A stretch of DNA of 64,000 nucleotides from Octopus sinensis (GCF_006345805.1 NC_043009.1:64294001-64358000); one strand, 5' to 3'; shown: positions 12,201 through 26,152, counted from the first letter of the stretch. Notes: generated from the letters alone by a model not told the origin. A program made the numbers and translations.

Positions 12201-12651
12201 TGCTCTTAAATAAGAACACACGTGTAAGCGTGTGCGTAAATTGTAAGTCAATTTCAACAAAACGGAAAAATAACTTCAGTTAAATTAATCTAAGAAATAA
12301 GAAATATAATATAAATTATATTTTTGTTTTCAGAACACTCCAAAAATATAATAGTGCAAACAGATGTTTTGGATAACAATATTCAAACTTACCGCTTAGG
12401 CTATTCCAACATTTCAGCTGGCTAACTCAACAATTATGGGACTACTGTTGTTCCGGTCAGAAATTTGACAGGTCAAAAAGTGGAACCAGGTAAACAACAA
12501 TTCTACACTAACAAAGAGAAATGCGGTCTTCTCAAAGCATGTGGCATATCAATGCCACAATGAATTTGTAGAGTCACTGAGAGAGAGGGGAAGGCGATAC
12601 AAAATATTATGAATGACCTTTACTCCTAGCATATCTTTTAAACAAGTCACC

Positions 12652-12687
<36 letters not shown>

Positions 12688-13040
12688 TGAGAGAGAGAGA
12701 GAGAGAGAGGAAGGAAGGACAAACTAACAGAGACAGAGAGGGAGTGTCTGTCTTGCGGGGGTCTTCTCAAAGCAGAAGTACGAGTCACTGAGAGAGGGGA
12801 AGAGGAGGCAACATATTTCGAAAACAACTCTTTTACTTGTTTCAGTCATTTGACTGCGGCCATGGTGGAGCACCGTCTTTAGTCGAGCAACTCGACCCCG
12901 GGACTTATTCTTTGTAAGCCAGTACTTATTCTGTCGGTCTCTTTTGCCGAACCGCTAAGTGACGGGGACATAAACACACCAGCATCGGTTGTCAAGCAAT
13001 GCTAGGGGGACAAACACAGACACACAAACACACACACACA

Positions 13041-13130
<90 letters not shown>

Positions 13131-13599
13131 CGACGGGCTTCTTTCAGTTTCCGTCTACCAAATCCACTCACAAGGCTTGGTCGGTCCGAGGCTATAGTAG
13201 AAGACACTTGCCCAAGGTGCCACGCGCACGCCCCTGATATATATATATCTGTATTATATGTATATATATATATAAACTTGTTATCAGTTCGAATATGTTT
13301 GAGAAATGTTTGCTTTTTCCTCTTCTGCACTAACTTATTCTGAAAAGGTTTCTGTCATGAATGGAGACAGATTCATGTTTTCTGAAGAAATGAATTCGGT
13401 CGAGGGGAAACGGTCATAAACATCATATGGATTAGTAACGTTTGTTCATTGATTCATTGATAGTTTAAAAGTCAAATTGAAGAGAACCCTTCAACACAAA
13501 ATTAGGAAATTCTGTTCTGTATCTATTGAATCTAATTCCAGCATGAAAGAATCATACAAAACTTTGATTTCTGGGAAGAGGCATTTTTATTAGAAATAT

Positions 13600-13830
13600 A
13601 AGGCGGGGAGCTGGCAGAACCGTTAGCACGCCGGCCGAAACGCGTAGCCGTATTTCGTCTGCCGCTACGTTCTGAGTTCAAATTCCGCCGAGGTCGACTT
13701 TGCCTTTCATCCTTTCGGGGTCGATAAATTAAGTACCAGTTACGCACTGGGGTCGATGTAATATACTTAATCCCCTTGTCTGTCCTTGTTTGTTCCCTCT
13801 GTATTTAGCCCCTTGTGGGTAGTAAAGAAA
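13600..13830 (+). mobile_element. tRNA-derived SINE, family B (other copies: 17920-18125 +, 20958-21160 +, 21178-21390 +, 23020-23140 -, 23640-24060 -, 24100-24340 -, 24390-24600 -, 59300-59830 -, 61607-61815 +, 62824-62930 -)
   Basis: Recurrent unit aaggcggcgagctggcagaa.cgttagc...gagttcaaattccgccgaggtcgactttgcctttcatcctttcggggtcgataa. Confidence 0.85.
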
Positions 13831-14934
13831 TAGGTATTTCGTCCATCTCAACGTTGTGAGTTCAAATTCGGCCGAGGTCGACATTATCTTTCATCTTTTC
13901 AGGGTCGATGAAATAAGTACCAGTTGAGCACTGGAGGTTGATGTTATAGACTATGTTTCCCCCAAAGTCCAGCCTGTAGTAGAAGGGATTATAAGAAATA
14001 TAAGGGATTATAAGAAATATAAATGAAGTGGCGGGCTGACAGAATCTTTAGAGCACCGGACAATGTGCTTTGCAGCATTTCTTCTGGTTCTTTACGGCCT
14101 GAGCTCAGAACCCGTCTTTTGAAGGGTGATAAAATAAAATACTATCTGAACACCGGGTCGATCTAATCGATATACTTCTGCCCCCACCAAATATACTGGC
14201 CTTTTACTAAAATTTGAAACAACTTTTAGAAATATAGGTAGAGATTTGAGGGTCATTTTGAGTTTTCTGATGCAAGATTGAAGGAAATACTTTTGCAGGC
14301 CCTCAGACCAGATGATTGTTGTGCTTTGAATCATGTGTTAAATGAAGTCTAAACATCTGTGCGACAAAGTTTAGAATTTGTTTGGGAAACCATAAGACCG
14401 AAAACTATTCTAAAATAGGCGAACTTTTTGGATTTCTTATGCACCAACGAACATTGTCATTAAAGATTCATTTTTTGTAATGTGAGCTGGAAATTTCTCG
14501 GAAAATCTCGAGGCAGTAAGTGATGAAATCGGTGAACATTTTTGTAACGATATTGGAAAAGTGTTTTTTTTGGTAACTGGAGCCTTATACCCACTAATTA
14601 ATGCTTGACTTTTAAGAGAAACGTTCCTGAGATAAAATACAGCAAAAATCAAACCAAGCTGCTCTGTAAATTAAATTTGTATATCTTTGATTGTATTTTC
14701 AAGGACGTGAGGCTATAGATGTCATTGCACTGCACGCTACACAAAAGCTGAAACATTGAAACGGTTGAGAAATGCTTAAAAATACTAAAAGTGCAAGGTA
14801 TATTTTAAAGTACCAGGTGTTCTTCGAACAGGAAAATTTGTTGTTTTCTTATTTCCAAGTTGTATAGTCTGATGGCTGAAGGCTGAAGTGGGGTTAAGCA
14901 AAAAAATGAGCAATGCTATATAATTGAACGTTAT

Positions 14935-15065
14935 TTACACCTGATGAAGACTGGAGGGTATATCTGCCGAAACATGTTAGCAACAAACAAGATGAGGACA
15001 AGTATCCATCAAATGTAAATAATGTAAATAATGTACATAATTCCTCATCTCTTAAATATAGAACG
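14935..15065 (+). mobile_element. PLE-type terminal repeat with a decayed hammerhead (family shared with 35355-35480 -)
   Basis: CTGATGA-agactggagggtatatctgcc-GAAAC. Stem II is broken relative to the 35408-35452 copy. Confidence 0.6.
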
Positions 15066-15559
15066 GTATTAGCTATATTATCGGTTATTTAATAATATAG
15101 TTGTTACAGAAGTCTAGCAACGATGGATGGCGTGCAAAAGAGTCAGAAAGTTTTGGAGTGGAAAGCTTACCAGAAAGAGGGAATCTCAACGTTGCAATGT
15201 TGTTTTATAAAAGTTATCAAGGTTTGAAGGTTTTCAAACGAAGATCACTAGTTTGTGAATTAGGTAGGATGGTAAGTCTTGGATAGATGTAGCTCTACGT
15301 TAGCCGTATTCATAATTACTAAGAATACAAAAAAATATTCAGACGGAGAAGGGACGTTAGTGTTGGCAATATTTTCTATAATTTAATGATATTAGAAGTG
15401 AAAGGAAAAATTCGGCCATCAGTAGAGTCAGACGCTTCTGAAGAGTGAGGCATACCTGTATGGCTTCCATGAACAGTGTAATACAATCCTACAGAGTGAG
15501 AGGAGTTAAAAGTTTGGTGAACAGAGAAAAGAACTTCGAAATACATTGCTTGTACATGA

Positions 15560-16250
15560 TGAAGGTTTCACCTCAGAATTGGACATAAGTTTTGATTTGA
15601 AGATTCAAAGAATTCAGCGTTCTTGGTTGAGCTAATGTGTTCCGAGTAAAAAGAGTGCTTGTAAGGGTTTGGAAGGGAGAGTCGGAGTTATATGCAGTTT
15701 TACTTGGTTGTGGCTTTGTACGAAGTGATCGAACATCCTTTTAACAAGGTGTTCAATAACTTTGCGCTACCTCGTTCCCATAGCTACATTCACAGAAACA
15801 TTACATATTTATTATGTATACATTTGTATCTAGTAACAAAGTTGTTTTCTATATTTTTGTCTCGGGACAAGCTTTCTTGCGGATGGAACGATGCATTGTT
15901 TTAGGAAGATTATACTGCAATAAGAACGAACACATCGAAGATAGTTTTATCAAGCCGCTGATCAAATGTGATTATGCTCAACGCAAATGTGGCATAATAA
16001 ACATTTTCAATTGGACCGTGTGGGTATAAGGGATTCGCTGTATCTTTCGTTCATTAGCAATTTCATAATTATCTCCTTTGATTGCCAAAACATAACCTGC
16101 AAAATGCGTCGTATTACAATGGTCATAAGACTATGACAGGCTACACTTCTTGTCCCTATTAGCCCTACTGTCAGCTTAACTGGAAATATACTGAAAATGC
16201 ATACTTCAAAAAGATGCATAACTTTTTGAAGTAGGTAGTGTTTCACTTCC
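15560..16250 (-). mobile_element. Penelope-like element GIY-YIG region, heavily decayed
   Basis: Frameshifted NNFVTRYKC..CECSY(V)GTR*RKVIEH resembles the PLE pattern xNVVYKYxCxC..YVGxTxRxLxxRIxEH. Confidence 0.5.
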
Positions 16251-17483
16251 AGGTCTTTCGGAAAATAAGTCAGTCCAGCACTTTTAAAGATCGCAAGCGA
16301 GCGGACTGTGAAGTGAATTGTTTTTGAGAAACACAGTACTGACTAATAGAATATTATTCTCTCCCCCTTTGATATAGTTCTTAATGTAATTTATTTTTGT
16401 TACTCTTACTAAGTAGATGTTTTACGACACTCAAAGCCTGTCTACACTGATCTTAGCCAAGTCCTATCTTTTCTCTTCTGATAAACAGTGTATCAATATC
16501 GCTGTTTTCTGTGGTAACTTGCAATCACTGTCTGAATCTTGCAGGTTTTAATATCTACAGAATGAATATCCTCTAAAGACCAGTCAAGTATCATAAATGT
16601 AGGTATCGTCATACGTTTGAAAAATACATTGTGGGTTATTGTCTCGTGAAAGGAAAGCCGAGCTTTCAGTAGTGTGAATGCTATTGGTCAGGTATTTTGG
16701 GACCTTTCATTAGCAGCAACTAAGACAGCAAATACGTTTATCGGCTGCAACATTATAGCTGCTATGAATGGAGAATAGGGTAGTATACTTTTCTGTAATC
16801 AAGCCATGCTACCACGAGATTTCCGCCGCGTTGTCTTATTCCCAAAATATATTTGCCAAGAGTTGTTCTGTAAACATATCTACAGTTCCTTCTGCTTATA
16901 TCTACAGTTCCTTCTGCTTATATTCTATAATCATCTTTCTCGGGCCAGTTTTATCAATTTTAAATAGAGATATATAATAATTCAATAATGGTTATGATGG
17001 CAGCGTCAGTTTGTTTGTATTTTAATTGGTTTTTCCTATAACATATTTTGGCTAGTTTTGAATGTCTTAAAAAAAGCTCATTTGCATCACTGGAATTGGA
17101 ATAAGAACTGTTATCCGAGACAAACATTTTTCGGCCAAAAGAAAATGCTAGTTATCAAAGCTTGTTTACCCCTGAAGTGGTTTAAGTTTGGGAGCGTTTC
17201 ATCCTTGTGTTTTTCTAGTTACTCCTAGCTATAATCATTTCCACTAAACTTTTCATACAGCAACACTGTAAATCTTGATTTAAGTAAAAGGGCTCAGGAA
17301 ACTGAAAGAAATACTATGTCTTAGATAGCTGAGAGATTAGATAATATTTGTGTATTTGTGTGTGTGATGGAGTTTTAGTGAGAGGTACCAAACGCCACCT
17401 TTTCCCAAAAGCTCTATCGCACACATAGATGGATAGACGATTCTCAAGATAATTCCTCACAGAGAAGTCGTATAAAGCAAACT

Positions 17484-17691
17484 CTACAAATTATCCATAT
17501 CTTCAAGTTTTTGAAGCAGATACAAATCCTTCGTTTCAGGCACTAATAGGATCAGTAATCCAGCAAGAGCTCCAATGAACCCATAGACACTGAGTGGTAT
17601 CCAATAGCCATATACATTGAGACCAATGATTAGTGGTGCAATGAGACCACCAGTACGAGCGAACGATGAACCTACACCCATTCCAATGTTT
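17484..17691 (-). CDS. SLC22-like gene A exon 9 (terminal)
   Basis: Acceptor tatttcag|. Reads (R)NIGMGVGSSFARTGGLIAP...LLVPETKDLYLLQKLEDMDNL*, 208 nt, with the PETK motif after TM12. Confidence 0.95.
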
Positions 17692-19176
17692 CTGAAATAC
17701 GCAAAAATAAAGAATATTTCACATTAATGTAGATATAGATATGCAAATATTTCAGAGTGCATTTAATACAAAAAAGGCAGAGAAATAGATTGAGAGTGAG
17801 ATTGTGATTTTAAAGGATGCGCATTTCGAAGTACATTTACTGAAACATTGTTAAAACTCGTATCCGTTAAGATACAACTGGATATTTATATACCTCTGTT
17901 GTTAATATTTCCAAAGAGATGGCAAGGTGGCAAGTCGGCAAAATCGTTAGCACACCGGGTGAAATGCGTAGCGGCATTTCGTCCCTCTTTACGTTCTGAT
18001 GTCGACATTGCCTTTCATCTTTTCGGTGGTCGATGAAATAAGTGCCAGTTGAACACTAGAGTCTATGCAATCGACTTATTACCTCCCTCGAAATTGCAGG
18101 CCTTGTGCCAAAAGTTGAAGCCAATATTTCCAGAGATGTCGAGAAGACCAGGGTGAAATGACAAGCGAAATGTAAGCTGGAGAAATATACTAACAGGTAA
18201 TTTCCTCTAATAATCTGCGATATCCACCAACAAGAAATCGGATTTCCCATGAGGTTGTCGCTAATGATACGGTTTCGTAATGAGCTTCAAAACATTGGCT
18301 GATGGTAACCCGAACAGACCACCCTGCACTTATTTTGCACATGTGCAGCTGCACAATTCCAGAGTGTATAATCTCTATTTACTCATAATAAAGTTACTTT
18401 TCTCCTGCATACAATCATGACTCAGTTAATTATTGGGGCGCTGGCATATGCAGCACTCTGCCTAAATCCCAGTCTTGAGGAATTAGGCTTCTCAAAGTCA
18501 GAAAAGAGAAAGCTGACTGGAAGACTACAGAACCAAGTCATCACTGGAACTGTAAAAATCTGTAAAACTTTCCAGAAGTTTATCATTTAAGTATATATGA
18601 GCATGTCTAGATATGCAACTATGTACATGAGAATACATACGTAAAACAAGACATACAAATCTGCATACATACATACATACATACATACATACATACATAC
18701 ATGCATGCATACATACATACATACATACATACATACATACATACATACATACATACATACATACATACATACATACATGCCCTGTTGTTGATGTTGAAAT
18801 CCCAATGAAGGAGCCTTGAATCTTGAAATAAAACTGAATAACGACATACATACTCTAGACAGAACTCTCGTCAAAAGCATCTCATCATGATCATTCCACT
18901 TTCGAACACGAGAGTAAATGGGCAGAAATGATACTTACCTTCTACGCATGCGCTAAAGAAGAAGCTTAACTTTGATAACAGTCTATTATTTTTTTCTCTT
19001 TATATAGCTATTTGTGGGTTATGTTTGCGGGTAAGTGTATATTTGTATGCATACAAAGATATACACGTTTGTGCAACAATATTTCATAAGGAATTATATC
19101 AGTACACTTCCATTGCCGAATCATTCCAAGTATACCAGAGAAATTCCTCTTCAAGGGGTTAAAATTATTCACTTAC

Positions 19177-19285
19177 CGTACTTCTGTTGGAAAAAGTTCT
19201 GCTGAGGTCAGAAAAATACCGACAAATGCTGCCGTCCCGCCAAGCTTGCCGAGGACAGCTAATATCAGAGGCAACCAAATGTTAA
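19177..19285 (-). CDS. SLC22-like gene A exon 8
   Basis: cctttcag| ... |gtaagt, 109 nt. Reads VNIWLPLILAVLGKLGGTAAFVGIFLTSAELFPTEVR, with the ELFPT motif. Confidence 0.95.
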
Positions 19286-21903
19286 CTGAAAGGAAATTGT
19301 ATAGACTGAGCATAAAGATATTTGACTTTTATTAACAGTAAAACAAGTTACGTTGTCGAGGAATTATTTCGCAGTGAATCGAAGAAATGGATTTTGTGTA
19401 GTTGGGATATTACTCTTTACTCTCTTTTACTTGTTTCAGTCATTTGACTGTGGCCATGCTTGAGCACCGCCTTTAGTCGAGCAAATCGACCCCAGGACGT
19501 ATTTTTTGTAAGCCTAGTACTTATTCTATCGGTTTTTTTGCCGAACCGCTAGTAAACACACCAGCATCGGTTGTCAAGCGATGTTGGGGGGACTATCAGA
19601 AGCAACAGGCATTATACATTCTTGTTGGAATCCCAAGCGTGACCAACACGGATTACTCTTTACTCTTTACTCTTTTACTTGTTTCAGTCATTTGACTGTG
19701 GCCATGCTGCAGCACCGCCTTTAGCCGAGCAAATCGACCCCAGGACCTATTTTCTGTAAGCCTAGTACTTATTCTAACGGTCTGTTTTGCCGAACCGTTA
19801 AGTTACGGGGACGTAAACACACCAGCATCGGTTGTCAAGCGATGTTGGGGGGACTATCAGAAGCAACAGGCATTACACATTCTTGTTTGAATCCCAAGCG
19901 TGACCAACACGGATTATGGATATTATTCAGCTATCTCGTTATTGCTCTACCCTTAAATCTCCTGCCGATAAGTTCTGCATGAAGAATCCACCTTGCGATT
20001 CTTCCCTGTCACATTCTAATCACATGTCCGAAGTAGCGGAGCTGTGACCTATCAATGTGTGCAAGTAGCGGCTCGACCTAGTCAGACACCCTGATCCCCA
20101 AGCTACGCACCCTGTCGAAGAACGTTACCCCAGAAATTCTTCAAGGAAATCTCATTTCGGTCGCTTGTTTTCACGATCGTACTCTTCCCGTAATTATCCA
20201 AAATTATTATTTTGGAATAAGTTTCGGATTATCAGCAGAATATTTTCCGCTGGTGAAACAGACAACTAAAAGTCGAAAGAAATTTATAATAAGATCCATT
20301 TTGCTTCGGATTCTATTATAAATTTGCTCTCCGTAAAAACTACACTTAAAAGTATTCTCGGTGAAAGCGACATAATTTTTGTCTGCACTATCCATGAAAG
20401 TGATCTGCGTGCTATAAACTTGAGCCTCTGATCGAAGAGATATAATTAAGAAGACAGAATGTGATATCAATGTTATTGTTTAATCAGTATTTACCTCATA
20501 ATTTAAAACATTTCATAACAAACCAATTTCAATAGTCTTTTATTTGTTTCAGTCATTTGACTGCAGCCATACTGGAACACCACCTTTAGTCGAGCAAATC
20601 GACCCCAGGACTTATTCGTTGTAAGACCCCGGGACTTATTCTTTATTTTATCGGTCTCTTTTTGCCGAACCGCTAAGTTACGAGGACACACCAGCATCGG
20701 ATGTCAAGCGATGTTGGGGAAACAACCACAGACACACAAAAACACACAGACACATATATAACATATATATATATGACGGGCTTCTTTCAGTTTCCATCTA
20801 CCAAATCCACTAACAAGGTTTTGGTCGGCCCGAGGCTATAGTAGAAGACACTTGCCATAGGTGCGACACAGCGACTCCTGCACCTTGACTTTAATCATAA
20901 ACATATAATGCTGTTCATTGTTGTCTGAACGAAATGAGTTTATGATATCCCAATATAGGAAGGCGGCGAACTGGTTCAATGGTAGGCTGGGCATTAACTG
21001 CATTTCGCCCGTACTTGTGTTTTAAGTTCAAATTCCACCGAGGTTGACTTTGCTTCTCATCCTTTCGGGGTCGTTAAAATAAGTACCAGTTGATTACTGG
21101 GGTCGATGTTAATCGACATACTCCTTCCCCTAAAACTCCTGACCTCCTGCCAGAAGTTGAAATCAATATTTCACTATAGGAAGGCGGTAAGCTGGCAGCA
21201 TCGCTAGCACGCTCGACAAAATGCTTCGCGGCATTGCGTCCGTATTTACGTTTTGAGTTCAAATTCCGCCGCGATCGACTTTGCTTTTTATCCTTCCGGG
21301 GTCGATAAAATAAGGGCTTACTGAGATCGATGTAACTGACTCCCCACTTCCCCTCGAAAGTGCTGGCCTTGTGCCAAAATTTTGAAGCCAATATTTCAAA
21401 ATACGGAATTTCGTTTACTGATTCAAGTTTTAAACTGAATCAAATTTTGTGTACACCAGTAACCGACAATAGTGTCATTGCAATGTTTGAACTAAATCGA
21501 ATTATGTCAGAAGAATTAACATATTACACAGAGGAAGCTTGCTGCTAGAGAAATAAGAAATGAATATTATATATCGGTTTTCTCCCAGTTGACATTTTTC
21601 TTAATATTGAGATGATGCAGATTACATCGTATTTCTCTTTAAATCCTCTCCTCTATAATGGATCATTATTAGGCTCTGGAGCATTGAAAGTTTTCCGACA
21701 ATATATTTGAAGATCTGCAGTTATGTGTATGTGTGTCTGTGCGTGCACACACATTTCCTATATTCTTATATATATATATATATATACATACTTGCATTCA
21801 TACATTACATACATGTTGAAAATCATATTACAAGGCAAGGTAATTATTTATCTATGATATTTAACAACGAAAACACGTGATGTTTGATACAACAGAATAT
21901 TAC

Positions 21904-22330
21904 AGGGCAAGGTCCCAGACACTGAGGTCTTCTCTCCAGCTGATATGTCAAGCATTTACGCTGTGCTGGGAAGAGCGTAGGTCAGGTGGACAGGCAACCT
22001 TGTTCGAAGGCCTGACGCACGACTCCTCAAAAGACTGCCAACTGGCAAAAGAAAAGCACAAACAAAATGGACAGAACAAGCGTTTCAAGGATACAGTCAA
22101 AGCCTTGTTGAAGTATTTTGAGATCAATCCTGATACTTAAGAAATGCAAGCAGAGAGCCACCCTGCCAGGTGAAGCTGCACCAACAGAAATGTCCCTTTC
22201 TACGAACAGAACAGGATTGCAGAAGCTCAAAGTAAACGTGAGTTGCACAACTCCAAAGCCGACCCCTTGCCTTCAGTCCCAGCAGACGGCCAGTGCCTGA
22301 CTTGTGGCAGAACCTTCTGAGTACGCATCT
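21904..22330 (+). mobile_element. RTE-clade LINE 3' fragment
   Basis: Broken frames give VPDTEVF..ADM.SI, VRWTGNLVRRPD.RLLK and GQNKRFKDTVKALLK.FEINPDT. Confidence 0.8.
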
Positions 22331-22350
22331 TACTTGTACTTAATTGTACT

Positions 22351-22930
22351 TGTGGCGACATTCACCCTGGGCGGGTGGAGTCGGCTTCTTCTACCACCCT
22401 CGAGGCATCTCGAACCATGGCAGCCCACGCACGACGGTCCTGCGCCAGTTCACTGGAAATAGCGAGCCAGTCACGGTTCCATCGGCGCAGGCCGACCACC
22501 TACGGTCAACCATTGTATTCACCATTGAGAATTCATGGAAGAAGTTTCGTGGGAATATATGGATTTCACAAGCGGTCCCCAACAATCCCGCATTTAGAGA
22601 CATCCTGTTTGCCGCAGATTGTCCGCAGACGCAGGACAGAACGACCGAGGAGTCGCCGGTTGCCGAAACAGACACTCCGAGGATTTTCACCAGAGCCCCG
22701 GGTTGTGGCCCCTAATACCACTCGGTGTCAGACCAATCCGCCTTGGGTGGCCCTACCAGGAACCGAAGTTCCCCACGGCATAGCTCTGACACTACCCGTT
22801 GCCAGCGTCCCCACCACGGTGAGGAGAGGATGGACTTTGGGGACGCTGTCGCCCACAGCTGGACCTCCGCGGTCACCTTCTCCTATGTAATGTCCTTGAT
22901 TAGGTTATCGTCGACAACGACGGACGAACA
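22351..22930. mobile_element. GC-rich 580-bp insert, possible solo LTR
   Basis: Starts TGT and ends ACA, with sharp composition change at both ends. No clean TSD was found. Confidence 0.35.
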
Positions 22931-23278
22931 TTATTATTATATATAAATCTTTGTTGCTTCACCAGAAGCGATAAATTACAGGTCTCAGTACAAATATTGA
23001 GTACTCTTTTAATAAATTATAGGCAAATAATGAAGGCAAAGTCGGCCTCGGCGAAACTTGAATTCAGAAAGTAAAGACGGATGAAATGCCGCAAAGCATT
23101 TTGTCCGGTGTGCCAACGATTCTGCCAGCTCGCCGCCTTTATGTCGTAGTGAAATATAATTAAAAACATTATAAGAATGATAAATTTATTTGACTGTTTG
23201 ACATTTGCTTATAAGCTTAATATTTATGAGATTTAACAACGAAAACATGCAATGTTTGATACAACAGAAGAATATTAC

Positions 23279-23493
23279 CTTTAGACACAAAGTTTGAAAC
23301 AATACAATTCATTCCACCGAATATCAAGAAGAAGCAAAGCGGCTTACGATGACCAAACCATATAAAGGAATAATATCCAAGAATGTTGCCTGGAATTTCC
23401 ACGGCTGTCATCAGAAAGAAGTTCATGTAGCGATCTCCAGACATATCAACAGATATTAGCGTCATTCCGAAGTATATCATACTGCTGGCCAGC
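23279..23493 (-). CDS. SLC22-like gene A exon 7
   Basis: aattacag| ... |gtaata, 215 nt. Reads (W)LASSMIYFGMTL...RYMNFFLMTAVEIPGN...FGHRKPL...FVSK. Confidence 0.95.
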
Positions 23494-24609
23494 CTGTAAT
23501 TAAACGGTAGCATTGACTGAGAAATAACTTGGCTAAATGACTACGTCTGGTAGCCGGGTACATGCAAATGCGATAGTGTGTAGTTATTAAAGATCGTTTC
23601 AATCTTGACTCAAGGTTAGTAGTTTTGAGAGGAAGTGGTAAGTCGGTTACATCTATCTCAGTAATTGGCTGGTATTTATTTCATCGACCCTGAAAGGATA
23701 AAAGCCAAAGTCGATCTCGGCGGAGTTTCAACTCAGAACGTGAAGTCGGTCAAAATACCGCTAAGAATTTTGCTCAGAGTGATAACGATTATTATTTACT
23801 CTAGGTACAAGGCCCAAAATTTATGGGAAGGGGGCCAGTCGATTACATAGTCCCCAGTACGCAACTGGTACTTAATTTATTGACCCCGAAAGGACGAAAG
23901 CAAAGTCGACCTCGGCGCAATTTGAACTCAGAACGTAACGGCAGGTGAAATTCCGCTAAGCATTTCGCCCGGCATACTAACGTTCCTTATTTCTTTATTG
24001 CCCACAAGGGGCTAAACATAGAGGGGACAAACAAGATCAGACAACGGGATTAAGCCGATTACATCGACCCCAGTGCATAACTGGTACTTAATTTATCGAC
24101 CGAAATACCTATTTCTTTACTACCCACAAAGGGCTAAACACAGAGGGGACAAACAAGGACAGACAAACGGATTAAGTCGATTACATCGACCCCAGTGAGT
24201 AACTGGTACTTAATTTATCGACCCCGAAAGGATAAAAGGCAAAGTCGACCTCGGCGGAATTTGAACTCAGAACGTAGCGGCAGACGAAATACCACAAAGC
24301 ATTTCGCTTTGCGTACTAACAATTCTGCAGGTCGCCGCCTTGGAGTGTTAACGATTCTGCCTGTTTACTGTCTTTGAGTAGTTATTAATAGTGGTTTCAA
24401 ATTTTGGCACAAGGCCAGCAAGTTTACAGGAGGTTTTAGTCGAATACATCGATCTTAGTGCTCAACTGGTACTTAGTTCATAGACCACGAAAAGATGAAA
24501 GGCAAAGTCAAGCTCGGCGGAATTTGATCTCAAGACATAAGGCCGGAAGAAATGTCGCTAAGGATCTTAGCCGGCGCGGTAACGATTCTCCTAGTTTGCC
24601 ATCTTAATA

Positions 24610-24911
24610 GTTTGTTCCTTCTCGAGCCATCCCTAGCTCATAAGGGCCGGTTTGCCGGTTTCCTTGGCGTATGGGTTCCCTACCTGGATGGGACGCCGGT
24701 CCGTCGCAGGTGAGCTGCAAGATGCAGGAGGAAAGAGTGAGAAAACGTTGTGGCCAAAGAGTCAGCAGAAGTTCGCCATTACCTTCTGCCGGAGCCGCGA
24801 GGAGCTTAGGTGTTTCGCTCATAAACACACACATCGTCCGGTCTGAAATTCGAACCCGCGATTCCTCGACCGCGAGCCCGCTGCTCTAACCACCAGGCCA
24901 TGTGCCTCCAC
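24610..24911 (-). mobile_element. tRNA-derived SINE, family C (other copies: 48761-49058 +, 62520-62823 -, variant 38680-38975 -, head only 38220-38290 -)
   Basis: Head gcacatggcctagtggttagagcagcgg...gggttcgaatctcagacc with A- and B-box-like motifs, and tail ggctcgagaaggaacaaac. Confidence 0.85.
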
Positions 24912-24958
24912 ACCTTAGTTATTAATAGTGAATAACTAACTTGGTTCTATATATATAA

Positions 24959-25354
24959 CTAGCAGTATCACCCGGCGTTGCTCGGGTTTGTAAGGGAAAT
25001 AACTATATAAGCATTTATAAAGAGTTACTTCCCTTATATAAACCGAGCGAAAATGCATTTAAAAAGGCGGAAAAATTATGGTAAATTTTTTTTTAAATTG
25101 TAGACTCATTGTAGACGCGAGTTACTTCCCTTATATGATAGCAAAAAATGCATTAAAAATGGAAAAAAATGATGGTAAATTATTTTTAAAAATCGTAGAC
25201 TCATCGTAGACGCGCGCTAATACCCAGAAGGACTCGATATGAATCACGACTATAAGATACCCGGTTTTGGTTAAACTGCACCGCAAAATGTGGAAGTAGT
25301 TAGGAATCTAAATCGTAGGAGACAGACACACAACTTGACTTTCATATATAAAGA
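24959..25354 (-). mobile_element. Non-autonomous Helitron
   Basis: 5' A|TC, subterminal hairpin CCCG-agcaacgc-CGGG and 3' CTAG|T. Same family as 30361-30696. Confidence 0.85.
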
Positions 25355-25454
25355 TTACGGTTTTTATTTTGAATATTCCTATAAATTTTACTATAAAATA
25401 TTGTGATACATTTACAATTTTTATGTGTAATACTGAACACAATATAATATTTAC

Positions 25455-25715
25455 CAGTTAAACCAAAGGTTTAAAGAAATCACGGCTCTTCGACGTGTTT
25501 TTAACAAATCTATTGGAGTGTAGGTCTTGTGATCCCTCTTTCCTAGATATTCGTCAAATTTGGATTTGCTTTCTGCTTCTCTTTGAAGTTTCCTAATAAG
25601 ATTTAGAGTATCCTCATTATCTTTCTTATTTGTTCTTGCTATCTTGTTACAGGACTCTTCAAATTCTGTAGATCTCCCTTTACTAAGAATCCATCTGGGA
25701 GATTCGGGAAGATAT
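25455..25715 (-). CDS. SLC22-like gene A exon 6
   Basis: actttgtag| ... |gtaaat, 261 nt. Reads (K)YLPESPRWILSKG...YTPIDLLKTRRRAVISLNLWFNW, with the PESPRW motif. Confidence 0.95.
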
Positions 25716-26073
25716 CTACAAAGTAAAAATCATTGATAGCGAATAAAATAACGAAGTTTCTTTTTTTTTTTATGCAATTGAAAAACTGAAGTTGTAAAAT
25801 GTAAAGTTTGAAATTGTGACGTGATGCAATTTAGGAAATTTAAGCATGCGATGCAATCTTCAGAGAATTATTCCGTCGATGTGTTTATTGTATGTAAGAA
25901 CTGTAATATATATCGTTAAGTTGATAGTTGTCACTAAATAGCATGTTTTCAGCATATTCATTCCACGTACAGATACTCACGAATGTGTGAAGTTCTATCA
26001 TAAACCAACACAGCAAACTGGAAATGTTAGGAAACCTGATAACTTCACAAAAGAAGAGTGAGATTTGATTTGC

Positions 26074-26152
<79 letters not shown>

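Noticed and set aside
13375-13425. CTGAAGA...GAAACGGTC motif, with similar partial motifs near 6650, 28075, 31250, 33910, 37220 and 57060
   Set aside because: Stem II or stem I does not pair, or half of the core is missing.
24840-24911. tRNA-like sequences at SINE heads
   Set aside because: They continue into SINE bodies and lack a full cloverleaf, so they are not called tRNA genes.
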